Positions 24,756-37,980 of a DNA stretch of 64,000 nt are shown one piece after another. The stretch lies in assembly GCF_052425735.1 (NCBI RefSeq), contig NC_135763.1, positions 29,326,001 to 29,390,000 of the forward strand, in the 5' to 3' direction. The position numbers were made by a program, and so were the translations under genes. Each line of letters opens with the position of its first letter. Positions within the stretch are counted from its first letter, which is position 1. This DNA is from Oculina patagonica (lineage: Eukaryota). The notes beneath the pieces were generated by a model, which was given only the letters and a program-made list of their open reading frames with translations, was not told where the DNA came from and ran no database searches.

Positions 24756-25579
24756 ACACTGTTGTAGTTATTTGTACTTTGCAGTTCAAGGAGTGAGTCT
24801 GTCTTCCAAATGATACATTTTTTTATTGCTCCTCTTTTGCTACTCAAAAATCACTTAAGCCTGGTTTTCACTAGCGACGCAAGCACAAGCGCAAGTACAA
24901 GCACAAGGATAACCACTCTTATTTCACCGTGAAAACTGCTTCAAGGTAAGCAAAAGCACAAGCGTATTGTATTTTAATGCTTCTGCTTTTGCTTGCCGCA
25001 AAATTTGTCCTTTTAGCGTGATTCCGCTTGTGCTTGCGTCGCTGGTGAAAACCAGGCTTTATGAATAACCAGGCTGTCTTTTATCAAACTAAATATCTTT
25101 AAGGAAAAGTACGCTTCAGAGCTCGAACTTTTTTCAAATTAATTTTAGTAGAGGAAAATAAACACTCCAAAACACATAAGGTAAAATAAAATCTCGTCAA
25201 CAAATAATGCCTTTGTCGATCTCAGCACAGACGTGGAACTTAAGGCGTCAGAAAAGCGTTATTTTGTCTAATTACCAAAAAATATGAAATAAAATCATCC
25301 AGTAAATCTTAATTCATCCCTCAAGGGTGTGGCAAACGTCACTTCGCTTCTCGCGTCGTTGGAGGCGTGGATGCCCCTAAGCATTCATGGCCATGGCAGA
25401 TCTTACTGGCAAATAATAAAATGAGGAGGTATTGTGGCGGCTCTCTGATCAGTGATAAGTGGGTGGTGACAGCGGCGCATTGTGTCACGGATCAATGGAA
25501 TGGGCTATTCAGTCCTGATATGTTCACCGTAGGAGCTGGTAAGTAGATGATTCCCAGCGTTGATTACCTTCAGTCTTTT

Positions 25580-25619
<40 letters not shown>

Positions 25620-28600
25620 GCGAACACAACAACTAGCTCTATTCGCATGATCAAACTTCAAACAGTACGTATTGCAAAGAGTCCGTTTTTTTATTGCAAC
25701 ACACAGATATAGTACTTACAACACGAATACGTACTTATACTGCTTACAAAACTTACACTAACTTTCACTAACTGCAATATCGTCACACTATTTGCAATAT
25801 TATTACTTACACAACTTATAAACGAAAACGTTTACCACAATTTGGGATGTGATTTTTCCAATTGTCAATTATTTTGCTGAAAAAACTCGTCCTGCTAAAA
25901 GGCGAATATAATACAGAAGATGAGAAATTAAAATACAGAATAGGTTTTTTGATTGAACAGATTTCTGATTGACTAAAAGGCCTTTTTATAGTTAGATAGA
26001 GCCTAAATATTAAATTAACAATTAAATATGTATAAATGAATAAGAGCAACACTGCAGTTCCATTGGAAAAATAGTTGTTTCCCACAAATAGATACACTAC
26101 CAATGATCGAACCCCTCCCCTATAAAACTCGGGTTTCCCTTCCAATAAACTATCCTTAACTTGACCGTTAATACGTTTATCTAGAAATCGGTTTCTCTGC
26201 ATATTCTTTATCTTGGGCAGATACAAACAGAATAGCCAGGCTAGACCTTTTTTTAAAGTACATTCAGGCTTTTGTTTTGTTCATTATAGTATGCTAATAG
26301 CTGCTTTAACCTTTGTAGGTTTACACAACCTATTTGAAACTACTGATGTGCAGCAAATGATAAAAGTTGATAAGATCTTTGCTCATGAGGGCTTCAGCTA
26401 TGCACACATGAAAAATGACATCGCCCTTTTGAAACTCAGCACACCGGTAAAGCTTAGCGACAAAGTGAATACTGTTTGCCTCCCAGCACAAGGTTCCCGA
26501 ATTCCTGACGGGTACAACTGCTATATCACAGGTACGGTGTTTAGAAAGATTTATCTCATCTTATGGGGTTTACCTATATGTGTGCGTATATCGCGAATTA
26601 ATGATCATTTTGTTCAAAAACTAAAGTCGTGCATTGGCATGCTTTAAATGAATTTCAAAGACAGAGATCACTTTATCTTTTTTCGAAACCGTTCTACTTT
26701 TTTTCGAAGTGTTTTCTTATGTATCATCTTTGTATTTCCTCTTCATTGTACATATCCTTTCTAAGTATACATGGCTCGCGAGCTAATGTCAATATCTCAT
26801 AATCATAAAGCTAGGTCAACAGCTATGGTCATTTTTTGTTCTTAAGGCTGATTTTCATCACTTGGATTAAGCAAGGACAAAAACATAAGCGCGTGAGCAG
26901 AACAAACGCACTCAATCCCGTTTGCTGTCGATTCTGAGCGAATAGGCAAAATCATAAACACAAGAAACCACAGTTCATTGCTTTTGCTCATTTGCTTCTC
27001 TTCCTATGACAAAAAGATCGAGTGTTCGTTGTTATAATGCGATGATGCGTATTCTTCTGCTTATTTCCAGTGAAAACCAGTCTTCAATTCCTTTGGCTTA
27101 CACATTTCTTTTCTTGCCAAATTTTGTCTAGGATGGGGGGTAACAGAAGGTGGTAACATACCACACATCTTGCAACAAGCCATGCTAACCGTGCAGAACC
27201 ACGACAAATGTTCCAAAGTGAACAGCGCTGTGGGTCCAGTTGACGAAGCCACCATGATTTGTGGAGGAAGTGGCCAAGCCAACCAGGCCGGTGGCTGTAA
27301 AGGAGACAGTGGTGGGCCGTACGTGTGCGAGGAGAGCGGCAAGTGGGTTCTGCGAGGGGCTATGAGCTTGCGCTATGGCAAGTGCACCACTGAACACTTC
27401 ACGGTCTTTGCACGAGTCAGTTCCTTCAGGAACTGGATCGACGACAAGATGGCAGGTGAAAGTAAGAACATGTATCAAGGAAGAAGATAATTCACACCCC
27501 TAAGTACAGTTATTATCCAATCAAAAGCAGAGGACTTCTTACAGTTGACTTTCGATTGGATAATACATACCAAAAATATTGTGGGATATCAGTGATCACA
27601 CTTTTGGACTCATTCCTCTAACTTATTTAGATCGTGTCCGTATCCGATCAAAATTATAAAATTGTGGAAAATTCGATATAACACAGGCAGCCCAAGCTCT
27701 CTATTGGATTACCTTTGGACGTGACTTTTGCTTTTTAGCGGTGTTGTGTTACAAAGGTTCGATTTTTAAGGTTTGTATGGGAACGTAACGGTTTTGCTTT
27801 AAAAGTAAAAAAATCGTATATTTTGTGAATAAAATTGACTTACCCTGATTTCGTGTTTCCTTCTTTGCTGTTTGCCAGCTTCTCATGTCGATATAGCAGT
27901 GGAAACCAAAAATAACGATAACTCGCCGAAATCGCGTTAGATCGACCTGAGAAGCTGGCAAACAACAAAGAAGGAAACACAGAATCAGGGTGAGTCAATT
28001 TTATTGAAAAAATATACGATTTTTTTACTTTTAAAGCAAAACCGCTGCGTTCTCATAGAAACCCTTATAAATCGAATCTTTGTAACACAACACCGCAAAA
28101 AAGCAAAAGTCACGTCCAAAGGTAATCTCATAGAGAGCTTGGGCTGCCTGTGGATAAAACAATGCATTTTGAGTCGGGAAATGTACTCGATTTCCTGTTA
28201 GTGAATTTAATTCCAATTAATATAAATTTACATCAAGTATTTCTTTTGACAAGTACAATTCAGAAATGGATGGCCTCGTCAGCGGGCGATTTTTGTATTT
28301 CTTATAATGGCTTTAGTTACCAATCATCCTACCTCATTGCGCCATGGTCACGCATCCTCGACCTCGCTTTGTATATAGCCAACTGGTCTGCCTCCTGCCA
28401 GTTGGGATTTTTAGCCTTGTTATGTTCATTTATAAATTATTTGTTTCCTCTGTTTCAGTGGCATGGCTGTAAACTACAACGTAGCTATCTCGTTGAGATA
28501 TGAAACTAAGTGCATGACCACTACAAACACATATTTTTTTTATTTTTTTTTTAAGTGACTCACTTTGTGTTTGTTTTGTGGCATTTTAATCTCTTAAAGC

Positions 28601-29396
28601 AGTTCAAGGAGTGAGTCTGTCTTCCAAATGATACATTTTTTATTGCTCCTCTTTTGCTACTCAAAAATCACTTAAGCCTGGTTTTCACTAGCGACGCAAG
28701 CACAAGCACAAGTACAAGCACAAGGATAACCACTCTTATTTCACCGTGAAAACTGCTTCAAGGTAAGCAAAAGCACAAGCGTATTGTATTTTAATGCTTC
28801 TGCTTTTGCTTGCCGCAAAATTTGTCCTTTTAGCGTGATTCCGCTTGTGCTTGCGTCGCTGGTGAAAACCAGGCTTTATGAATAACCAGGCTGTCTTTTA
28901 TCAAACTAAATATCTTTAAGGAAAAGTACGCTTCAGAGCTCGAACTTTTTTCAAATTAATTTTAGTAGAGGAAAATAAACACTCCAAAACACATAAGGTA
29001 AAATGAAATCTCGTCAACAAATAATGCCTTTGTCGATCTCAGCACAGACGTGGAACTTAAGGCGTCAGAAAAGCGTTATTTTGTCTAATTACCAAAAAAT
29101 ATGAAATAAAATCATCCAGTAAATCTTAATTCATCCCTCAAGGGTGTGGCAAACGTCACTTCGCTTCTCGCGTCGTTGGAGGCGTGGATGCCCCTAAGCA
29201 TTCATGGCCATGGCAGATCTTACTGGCAAATAATAAAATGAGGAGGTATTGTGGTGGCTCTCTGATCAGTGATAAGTGGGTGGTGACAGCGGCGCATTGT
29301 GTCACGGATCCATGGAATGGGCTACTCAGTCCTGATATGTTCACCGTAGGAGCTGGTAAGTAGATGATTCCCAGCGTTGATTACCTTTAGTCTTTT

Positions 29397-29430
<34 letters not shown>

Positions 29431-32400
29431 GCGAACACAACAACTAGCTCTATTCGCATGATCAAACTTCAAACAGTACGTATTGCAAAGAGTCCGTTTT
29501 TTTATTGCAACACACAGATATAGTACTTACAACACGAATACGTACTTATACTGCTTACAAAACTTACACTAACTTACACTAAATGCAATATCGTCACACT
29601 ATTTGCAATATTATTACTTACACAACTTATAAACGAAAACGTTTACCACAATTTGGGATGTGATTTTTCCAATTGTCAATTATTTTGCTGAAAAAACTCG
29701 TCCTGCTAAAAGGCGAATATAATACAGAAGATGAGAAATTAAAATACAGAATAGGTTTTTTGATTGAACAGATTTCTGATTGACTAAAAGGCCTTTTTAT
29801 AGTTAGATAGAGCCTAAATATTAAATTAACAATTAAATATGTATAAATGAATAAGAGCAACACTGCAGTTTCATTGGAAAAATAGTTGTTTCCCACAAAT
29901 AGATACACTACCAATGATCGAACCCCTCCCCTATAAAACTCGGGTTTCCCTTCCAATAAACTATCCTTAACTTGACCGTTAATACGTTTATCTAGAAATC
30001 GGTTTCTCTGCATATTCTTTATCTTGGGCAGATACAAACAGAATAGCCAGGCTAGACCTTTTTTTAAAGTACATTCAGGCTTTTGTTTTGTTCATTATAG
30101 TATGCTAATAGCTGCTTTAACCTTTGTAGGTTTACACAACCTATTTGAAACTACTGATGTGCAGCAAATGATAAAAGTTGATAAGATCTTTGCTCATGAG
30201 GGCTTCAGCTATGCACACATGAAAAATGACATCGCCCTTTTGAAACTCAGCACACCGGTAAAGCTTAGCGACAAAGTGAATACTGTTTGCCTCCCAGCAC
30301 AAGGTTCCCGAATTCCTGACGGGTACAACTGCTATATCACAGGTACGGTGTTTAGAAAGATTTATCTCATCTTATGGGGTTTACCTATATGTGTGCGTAT
30401 ATCGCGAATTAATGATCATTTTGTTCAAAAACTAAAGTCGTGCATTGGCATGCTTTAAATGAATTTCAAAGACAGAGATCACTTTATCTTTTTTCGAAAC
30501 CGTTCTACTTTTTTTCGAAGTGTTTTCTTATGTATCATCTTTGTATTTCCTCTTCATTGTACATATCCTTTCTAAGTATACATGGCTCGCGAGCTAATGT
30601 CAATATCTCATAATCATAAAGCTAGGTCAACAGCTATGGTCATTTTTTGTTCTTAAGGCTGATTTTTATCACTTGGATTAAGCAAGGACAAAAACATAAG
30701 CGCGTGAGCAGAACAAACGCACTCAATCCCGTTTGCTGTCGATTCTGAGCGAATAGGCAAAATCATAAACACAAGAAACCACAGTTCATTGCTTTTGCTC
30801 ATTTGCTTCTCTTCCTATGACAAAAAGATCGAGTGTTCGTTGTTATAATGCGATGATGCGTATTCTTCTGCTTATTTCCAGTGAAAACCAGTCTTCAATT
30901 CCTTTGGCTTACACATTTCTTTTCTTGCCAAATTTTGTCTAGGATGGGGGGTAACAGAAGGTGGTAACATACCACACATCTTGCAACAAGCCATGCTAAC
31001 CGTGCAGAACCACGACAAATGTTCCAAAGTGAACAGCGCTGTGGGTCCAGTTGACGAAGCCACCATGATTTGTGGAGGAAGTGGCCAAGCCAACCAGGCC
31101 GGTGGCTGTAAAGGAGACAGTGGTGGGCCGTACGTGTGCGAGGAGAGCGGCAAGTGGGTTCTGCGAGGGGCTATGAGCTTGCGCTATGGCAAGTGCACCA
31201 CTGAACACTTCACGGTCTTTGCACGAGTCAGTTCCTTCAGGAACTGGATCGACGACAAGATGGCAGGTGAAAGTAAGAACATGTATCAAGGAAGAAGATA
31301 ATTCACACCCCTAAGTACAGTTATTATCCAATCAAAAGCAGAGGACTTCTTACAGTTGACTTCCGATTGGATAATACATACCAAAAACACACTTTTGGAC
31401 TCATTCCTCTAACTTATTTAGATCGTGTCCGTATCCGATCAAAATTATAAAATTGTGGAAAATTCGATATAACACAGGCAGCCCAAGCTCTCTATTGGAT
31501 TACCTTTGGACGTGACTTTTGCTTTTTAGCGGTGTTGTGTTACAAAGGTTCGATTTTTGTTTTTGCTGCAGCCGCAATGGCTGCAAGCAAAAAAGGAATT
31601 TTGCCGTAAGGTACGTGTGTAAGTGCCGTAAAGAGGAGAAATCTGAACTACCGATGTCAATCAAATCCATGAACAAACAAAATCGAAACCAATGAACCGT
31701 AGCGCTGATCGCATCGAAGTTACGGGCCAAAGTACGAGCACCACGTTGAAGGGAAAGAAAACCGTTTAAAAGTATACGCATTGGGAAAGAATGTGGCGCG
31801 ACCACTCCAGTTTTAAGATCCATCACGAAACAGCGAAGACTTGAACCCGCCGAATTAAATTTTTCTCAAAGGACCGGTTGTCAAGTTAATTCGCTCCCCT
31901 CACCCTCACTTCAGTACCGTTAAATCACGGAGGTGTGCCACCGTAAGAAGAATAAAAACAGTAACCCAAAATAGACCACGAACTCAGCACGTATTCTGTC
32001 GTGGCACAGTAGTTTAAAAAATAATCCCAAATAAAGTTCACAGCTCCGACTGAGGGGTCTAAGTATAGCCCCGCTAAAAAGCTGAAAGGAATTTTTGAAA
32101 AAATTTTACTGCCACGCTGGCGCCACATTTATTTTGTGAAGATTAATTAAACGCCGTGAAAAATAGATGATGTCCAGCGAGCCACTGCCCCGCGTCCTCA
32201 TACCTCCAACTAATCAAAAAAGAACCGCAGAACAACAATGGTCCTTACGATCCCGATTAAGACATGACGAGAGTGCGTGAAGGGATGATGAAATGTATTT
32301 ATTGTTTCAAAATGAATTTGCGTTACGTTCAACGCCGTCTTTCTGTTGTTGTACGCCGGTGCGCGTGCGATTATTTTATTTTGAATTTTGATAGTAAATT

Positions 32401-34631
32401 CAGGTTGAATTAAAAAAGTGATAAAATAGTGATACCGCCACAGTGAAGACAATAAAAGACGTTGGATTTCAATCTCGACTCACTTGTCTTTCATCAACAT
32501 GTTCCCTAAGACTTTGCTCTAGCAGCAAAACACATGGACCCATTGGGGCCCTATTTTTAAGGTTTGTATGGGAACGTAACGGTTTTGCTTTAAAAGTAAA
32601 AAAATCGTTTATTTTGTGAATAAAATTGACTTACCCTGATTTCGTGTTTCCTTCTTTGCTGTTTGCCAGCTTCTCATGTCGATTTAGCAGTGGAAACCAA
32701 AAATAACGATAACTCGCCGAAATCGCGTTAGATCGACCTGAGAAGCTGGCAAACAACAAAGAAGGAAACACAGAATCAGGGTGAGTCAATTTTATTGAAA
32801 AAATATACGATTTTTTTACTTTTAAAGCAAAACAGCTGCGTTCTCATAGAAACCCTTATAAATCGAATCTTTGTAACACAACACCGCAAAAAAGCAAAAG
32901 TCACGTCCAAAGGTAATCTCATAGAGAGCTTGGGCTGCCTGTGGATAAAACAATGCATTTTGAGTCGGGAAATGTACTCGATTTCCTGTTAGTGAATTTA
33001 ATTCCAATTAATATAAATTTACATCAAGTATTTCATTTGACAAGTACAATTAAGAAATGGATGGCCTCGTCAGCGGGCGGTTTTTGTATTTCTTATAATG
33101 GCTTTAGTTACCAATCATCCTACCTCATTGCGCCATGGTCATGCATAAGGCCTCGCAATTTCCTACCAGTTTTGCACATAAAGGAGGCAAGCGTGGCCGA
33201 GTGGTTTAGGGCGCTGGTGTTGTAATCCGGAGGTCGTCGGTTCGAGGCCTGCTCTTGCCACTAGCTGGATTTGTTTCTCGGTTGTCCCTAGTTCAAATCC
33301 TCGACCTCGCTTTGTATATAGCCAACTGGTCTGCCTCCTGCCAGTTGGGATTTTTAACCTTGTTATGTTCATTTATAAATTATTTGTTTCCTCTGTTTCA
33401 GTGGCATGGCTGTAAACTACAACGTAGCTATCTCGTTGAGATATGAAACTAAGTGCATGACCACTACAAACACATATTTTTTTTATTTTTTTTTAAGTGA
33501 CTCACTTTGTGTTTGTTTTGTGGCATTTTAATCTCTTTGTTTTTATGGAGCCAGTTTCAAACCATTTATGTTAATTATACCTTCTTGGGTTTTTTTTTAA
33601 CAGAGTTCAGACTGCCTGTTCTTATTCTTGAGGGTCTGAAATGTCAGTTTTCAATTAAATTTAGCCATCATCATAAAATTACGGCATATTTTACAGCTTT
33701 CGGGTTTCAGCTATTAGTTGAAACGGGCCATTTCTCAGATGAAAGTTATTTTGTTCTTTATTAATTTTCACTTATCGCTTAAATTAAACCCCGTCCAGTC
33801 ACCATCAATCTTGACGACTGTTTTAACTTTTTCTCTTCTTAATTTTACTCTCAACTGGAGAAGGAAGTGGAGCAGGTATCTGGTGTTACCACATTGAAAT
33901 TGACTTCACATTGAAATTGACTTTCTTGTTGTTTGCGAATCTAATCACAGGTAGCCCAAACTACGAATGTGTTGACCTTTGTGTGGGCTGTGTGACTTTT
34001 TGGCGGATTCGGTGCGATTTTCTGGAGTAACGGTTCCAACAGTTTTTATCAACGGTTTCTACTGCTCAATATTTATACCTTTTACCGTTGGAACCGTTAC
34101 TTCAGAAAAATCGTTCGCTGAAAACAAATAAAAACACTCTGCCCACACAAAGAACAACACAGGAGTTCAATTGAGTGATTTCTTATTAAAATTCAAGAGT
34201 AATTTTTCGTATTTTTTTACCCATACAAATTTATCCTTATAAATATGCAAATAGCTCGAATTACGTAACAATAAAAAGGTCAACACATTCCTAGCTTGGG
34301 CTACCTGTGATTAATGGTAAATAAAGGTGACTGGCCTACACGACTCCTACGTTTGTGACATTTGTAACCTTTGCCGTTTTCTGTTGAGTTCGGTCTTTCG
34401 ACCATATTAGCTTCTGACTTTTTTTCTGAGGGTACTGTTATTATTTGGAGGCATTATGTATTGAATGGAGCCGTAAGATTGTGGCCAAGGAAGTGTCTAG
34501 AGGTCATAAGTCTGCGCTGCGTGGTTTCCGTTTGTAGGGTTGAATGACACCTCCAGAGAAAACGGAAAAATATATTTTTATAACCACGAGTTATATTGTA
34601 TTTATTTATTTTTTTTTCAGCTCTGGAGTAA
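24663..34631 (+). CDS. S1A serine protease gene with in-frame internal duplication of the three protease exons (potential 525-aa two-domain protease; 273 aa if one module is used)
   Basis: Exon 1 24663-24717 ([19 protein letters not shown]). Module A: 25326-25538, 26319-26531, 27132-27461. Module B: 29143-29355, 30130-30342, 30943-31272. Terminal exon 34621-34631 (TLE*). One signal exon and one terminal exon only; all phase 1; both modules keep AAHC, NDIALL and GDSGGP. Confidence 0.8.
24858..25058. mobile_element. PIF/Harbinger-type MITE (duplicated at 28675-28875)
   Basis: TIRs AGCCTGGTTTTCACTAGCGACGCAAGCACAAG / CTTGTGCTTGCGTCGCTGGTGAAAACCAGGCT; TTA on both sides. Confidence 0.8.
27682..28152. 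mobile_element. Long-palindromic MITE with CACAG...CTGTG termini (CMC/EnSpm-like); second copy 31473-32943 is interrupted
   Basis: CACAGGCAGCCCAAGCTCTCTA ... TAGAGAGCTTGGGCTGCCTGTG, with inverted similarity over most of its length. Confidence 0.8.
31559..32558. mobile_element. 1000-bp Helentron/DINE-1-like non-autonomous insertion
   Basis: Absent from the matching site in copy A and inserted in a T-run. 5' subTIR TTTTGCTGC with adjacent partial IR GGCTGCAAGCAAAAA; 3' subTIR GCAGCAAAAC followed by hairpin GGACCC-ATT-GGGGCC. Confidence 0.6.
33182..33470 (+). mobile_element. tRNA-derived SINE, third family (other copies 28355-28530 headless, 56536-56835, minus-strand head 59890-59965)
   Basis: A box TGGCCGAGTGG, B box GGTTCGAGGCC; shared body TAGCCAACTGG...CCTGCCAGTTGGGATTTTTAAC. 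Confidence 0.75.
33946..34309. mobile_element. MITE with CACAGGTAGCCCAA termini, AT on both flanks
   Basis: CACAGGTAGCCCAAACTACGAATGTGTTGACCTTT ... AAAGGTCAACACATTCCTAGCTTGGGCTACCTGTG; termini related to the 27682 element. Confidence 0.75.
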
Positions 34632-37600
34632 AGACACTGTATTCCTGGTGCTTCAACAAAGAAATAAATATCATGATGCAATGATTCACTGTAGAATAGG
34701 CATAAGAATATAAGAATAAAGATGGCAAGATACCTTGGCGTGCTGTTTTTATTGATATTCCCGACTTACTTGAAAAAAAAATACTGAACTGCTTGAGATA
34801 CTTAATTGTCTTAACCGTACTATATCGTTGTGGTAGCCAAGAGGTATACTTTTTCGCCAGTGTTTTCGCAAATTATTATTTGAAATCAAGGTATATATTC
34901 TGCCGGTATCCGCCGAGATTTTTTTAAAAAAATAATTGTTTATACACACGAAGTGCTCTCAACAACAAGTGATCTCGACATTATCAGAAGGAAACCATTT
35001 AAAGTCAATTTAATTGACTTCTCAATTCATGCGTGGAAAACGTACAAGGACTTCAAGCGGCACTAGCCAAGCGCGAAACCCTTTACAGAATCTTAAAACG
35101 TAGCAAATCTTGTTAATCTTCGATAAAATCCTCGTCACAATCTAAAATCTTTCTTTATCAAGTATAACCTACAGTATCACTTAATTGAATCACGTAAAGT
35201 CACCCTCATTCTTGACAACTGTTTTAACATATAACCATTCATACCACGACCCGGAGATCTGACTCGCCGACGACATGCCCCCCCGGGCACGCACAGAGCC
35301 GGGGCGACCAGAGAAGGGAGAGGCACGGGAGGAAGAGAGAGGAGACGCAGGTGGAGGAGCGGGACCAGAAGGACGGTGGACGACAGGACGAGGAGGACGG
35401 GCCCCCCGATGGACCACGTACCCGGCCCCCCGCCGTGGAGAGGAACCCACGCCCGCCGAGACCGGCCCGGGAAAGAGGAAGGGGACCCAGAAAGAAGGGA
35501 AAGGGGGGAGGCCCCCGAGAGTCACCGCAGGACGAGGGACCCGGGGAGGGAGGAGGCCGCGACGGGGAGGAGGAGGAGGGAGAGGGCCCCGGACGGGGAG
35601 CCGACCGAGGCGAGCAGTGGCGGACCAGCCCGGGGAGCAGGGTAAGTCAAGTAAGTCATTCATACCAGCAATCTTACTCAAAAGTCTGCTTGTAAAACAC
35701 TTTGACAACACTTTTGAAGTTTAATTGAAGTGAAAATTGACATAGCAGCTGGGGAAGGATCCACCTGAAACTTTGCATTGTACAATAAGTGTAGAACTTT
35801 GGTTAAAACTCGAATTTTTTTTTTTTTTTTGCACAAGGACGTTCCGCTGAAAATTTGTGGAGATTCGTGGCTGAATAACACTTGATGTTGCTATCGATAA
35901 GCTATTCAAGTTTCTGCTGATGCCGGTCGAATAGTGACTTGACGGTAAGCAAAATGTTTTCGTTGCTCGAGTTGTGTGGACATTGTACTACAAATTACGA
36001 AATATGTAGTCTTTTCTTACCTCGAAAACCACCACACCAAATTTCGTAGCCCTTTTTTGTATTTTCTGTTAGAGCATCTTCTTGTATTCCTATTATTGTC
36101 GGTTCAGAAACGCCGGCGAAAAGAGAGTTTACGCCTGCCATTTTTTTTTTTGGATCACGCATTGTTGGAGTGAACTAATGCTTGTTAGCCCGAGAGAGCG
36201 AACCAATCAGATTACTTGAAACACCGAGGTCAATGAGTGTATATGTACTCATGAATATTGGTGATCCGGAGCATTGATGAAATGATGTGGCTAAGGGGCT
36301 GTTAATAAGTCAATATGCGGGGCAGATCGAAGCAGGCAAATCTTTCTTGCGAAGAACTAAACTTAAAATAATTTTAGTCGTCATTTGTGGCTTAGCTCTC
36401 AAGAATGTAATACATATATCACTAATATTTGGGCATAGTATACAGGGGTTTAATGCTTGATTTTTCGACACAAGTTTCTACAATGACATCGAATAAAATA
36501 GAATCTCCATGATCCCGTCTACTTCCCCAGGTAGTTTCCCACCAACTGAAGTTGAAGACCAGAGATGAAAACTTTGATTAAAAAGTGGTGAGAAGTGAAA
36601 CAGTGGATTTTGTATCACCCCCCCCCCCCCACTCCCTACTCCCCCCTCTCCAAGCAGAAGCCGACTTAAAACTGTGCGACGCTTTGAGCTTTTGAAATTT
36701 GCTTGCTTTGAGAAAACCTCTGAGTCATATAACTGCATATTTCTTTCGAATACAACAGCTGTTCAAGAACTAAAGCTGACTTCCAGCAGCTGTTGACTCC
36801 CATAATATATTCGCACGAAGGATAAGCGTAATACTATCTTTTTCCCTGCAACCTCCTACCGCTTCGTGTTTATTTTTCGCGGTTTCAAGACCCGACATGT
36901 CGTGATTACATGCAAGTCCATGGTTAAAACTTTTGTTGCTCTACGGATACAGTGAATTGTGTTCATAGGAAGGCTGAGTCGAATAACGTGATTAGTTTTG
37001 GTTCGAAAAACTGCAATGGAGATAAAATAATTAAATTATAGATGTAAAAATGGCAATCGATTGAGAAACATAGGTAAAAAGGAATAATGTTGGAAAATAT
37101 TTTGCTGTAATGGAAATAAAAGTTAATGTGACTTCACTTCTTTGTGTCCAACTTTGAGATGTGTTATTTAGGCATATAGTCATTTTTGTAGCATTTTCTC
37201 AAGCTTAGGGTGGAAAAAGCTATCTGAATAAAAAATCAGGAATTTCTTGTCTGAGCATAATAATTCAGTGCCAAAGACTTAGATGTTCTATCATGAAGGT
37301 CCTTGTACACCAGCATTTGAACACAGTCATTATCAGTAGATAAAAAAAAACACAACGGTGTTGTAGCAAATGGACAAAACCGCAAAAAAAAAATGGAATT
37401 CAGAAGTTTATACAGAATATAGGTTTTTGTTTCTTCGGAAAAACATATTTGAATCACATTCTTCTTTTCTTTTTAAGTCCTCCTCTTAAGTCAAGTTGTA
37501 GTAACCTTGCAGCGTTTGATGTTTTTTGATGTCCTATTTAGATGTATTTTCTTTCCTGTTGTCCCCGTCAAAGAAGTACAGGACCATTGTTATATTACTC

Positions 37601-37980
37601 GCCTTTAAGTAAATTATATTCTTTTAAACAACACAACACGTTTTATGTGAATGCAGATTGCAAATTGGCTCTGCGCCTGCTTTTATAATTTTAATCGCAA
37701 GTTATTAATTCTCATGGTATATTTTCACATTCTGCAAAAGCGAATCGCATATTATTGGTGTGAAAATGTGACATGAACAACCCCCTGCTTTCACAATCCG
37801 AAATGAGATTCTCGTTCGGTCTTGGGCTTGGACTCAAGCATTTGTGTACAGCTTTATCGGCGCATAAAAAGAAAAAGAAAACTCATAGCAGTAGTTTAGA
37901 GAAACACAGCAGAATAAGTGTGGATATTCATCAGTGAATTACAATCGAACTGAAAATGATTGCACAGATATGCGCCTTAA

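Larger units (their letters stand above)
24781..33537 (+). repeat. Near-identical tandem segmental duplication (copy A 24781-28595, copy B 28599-33537)
   Basis: Offset 3817/3811 bp over exons and introns; junction ATCTCTT-AAA-GCAGTTC at 28589-28605. The copies differ by a few SNPs, a 1000-bp insert and a ~20-bp deletion in B, and a ~150-bp deletion in A. Confidence 0.95.

Noticed and set aside
25816-26226. 136-aa minus-strand ORF repeated at 29627-30037
   Set aside because: Intronic; its conservation only reflects the recent duplication; no recognisable domain.
29143-34631. Module B as a separate complete protease gene
   Set aside because: It has no signal exon or promoter unit of its own because the duplication begins inside intron 1.
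35190-35724. Four overlapping 89-173 aa ORFs
   Set aside because: Produced by T-depletion and low complexity; no domain recognised.
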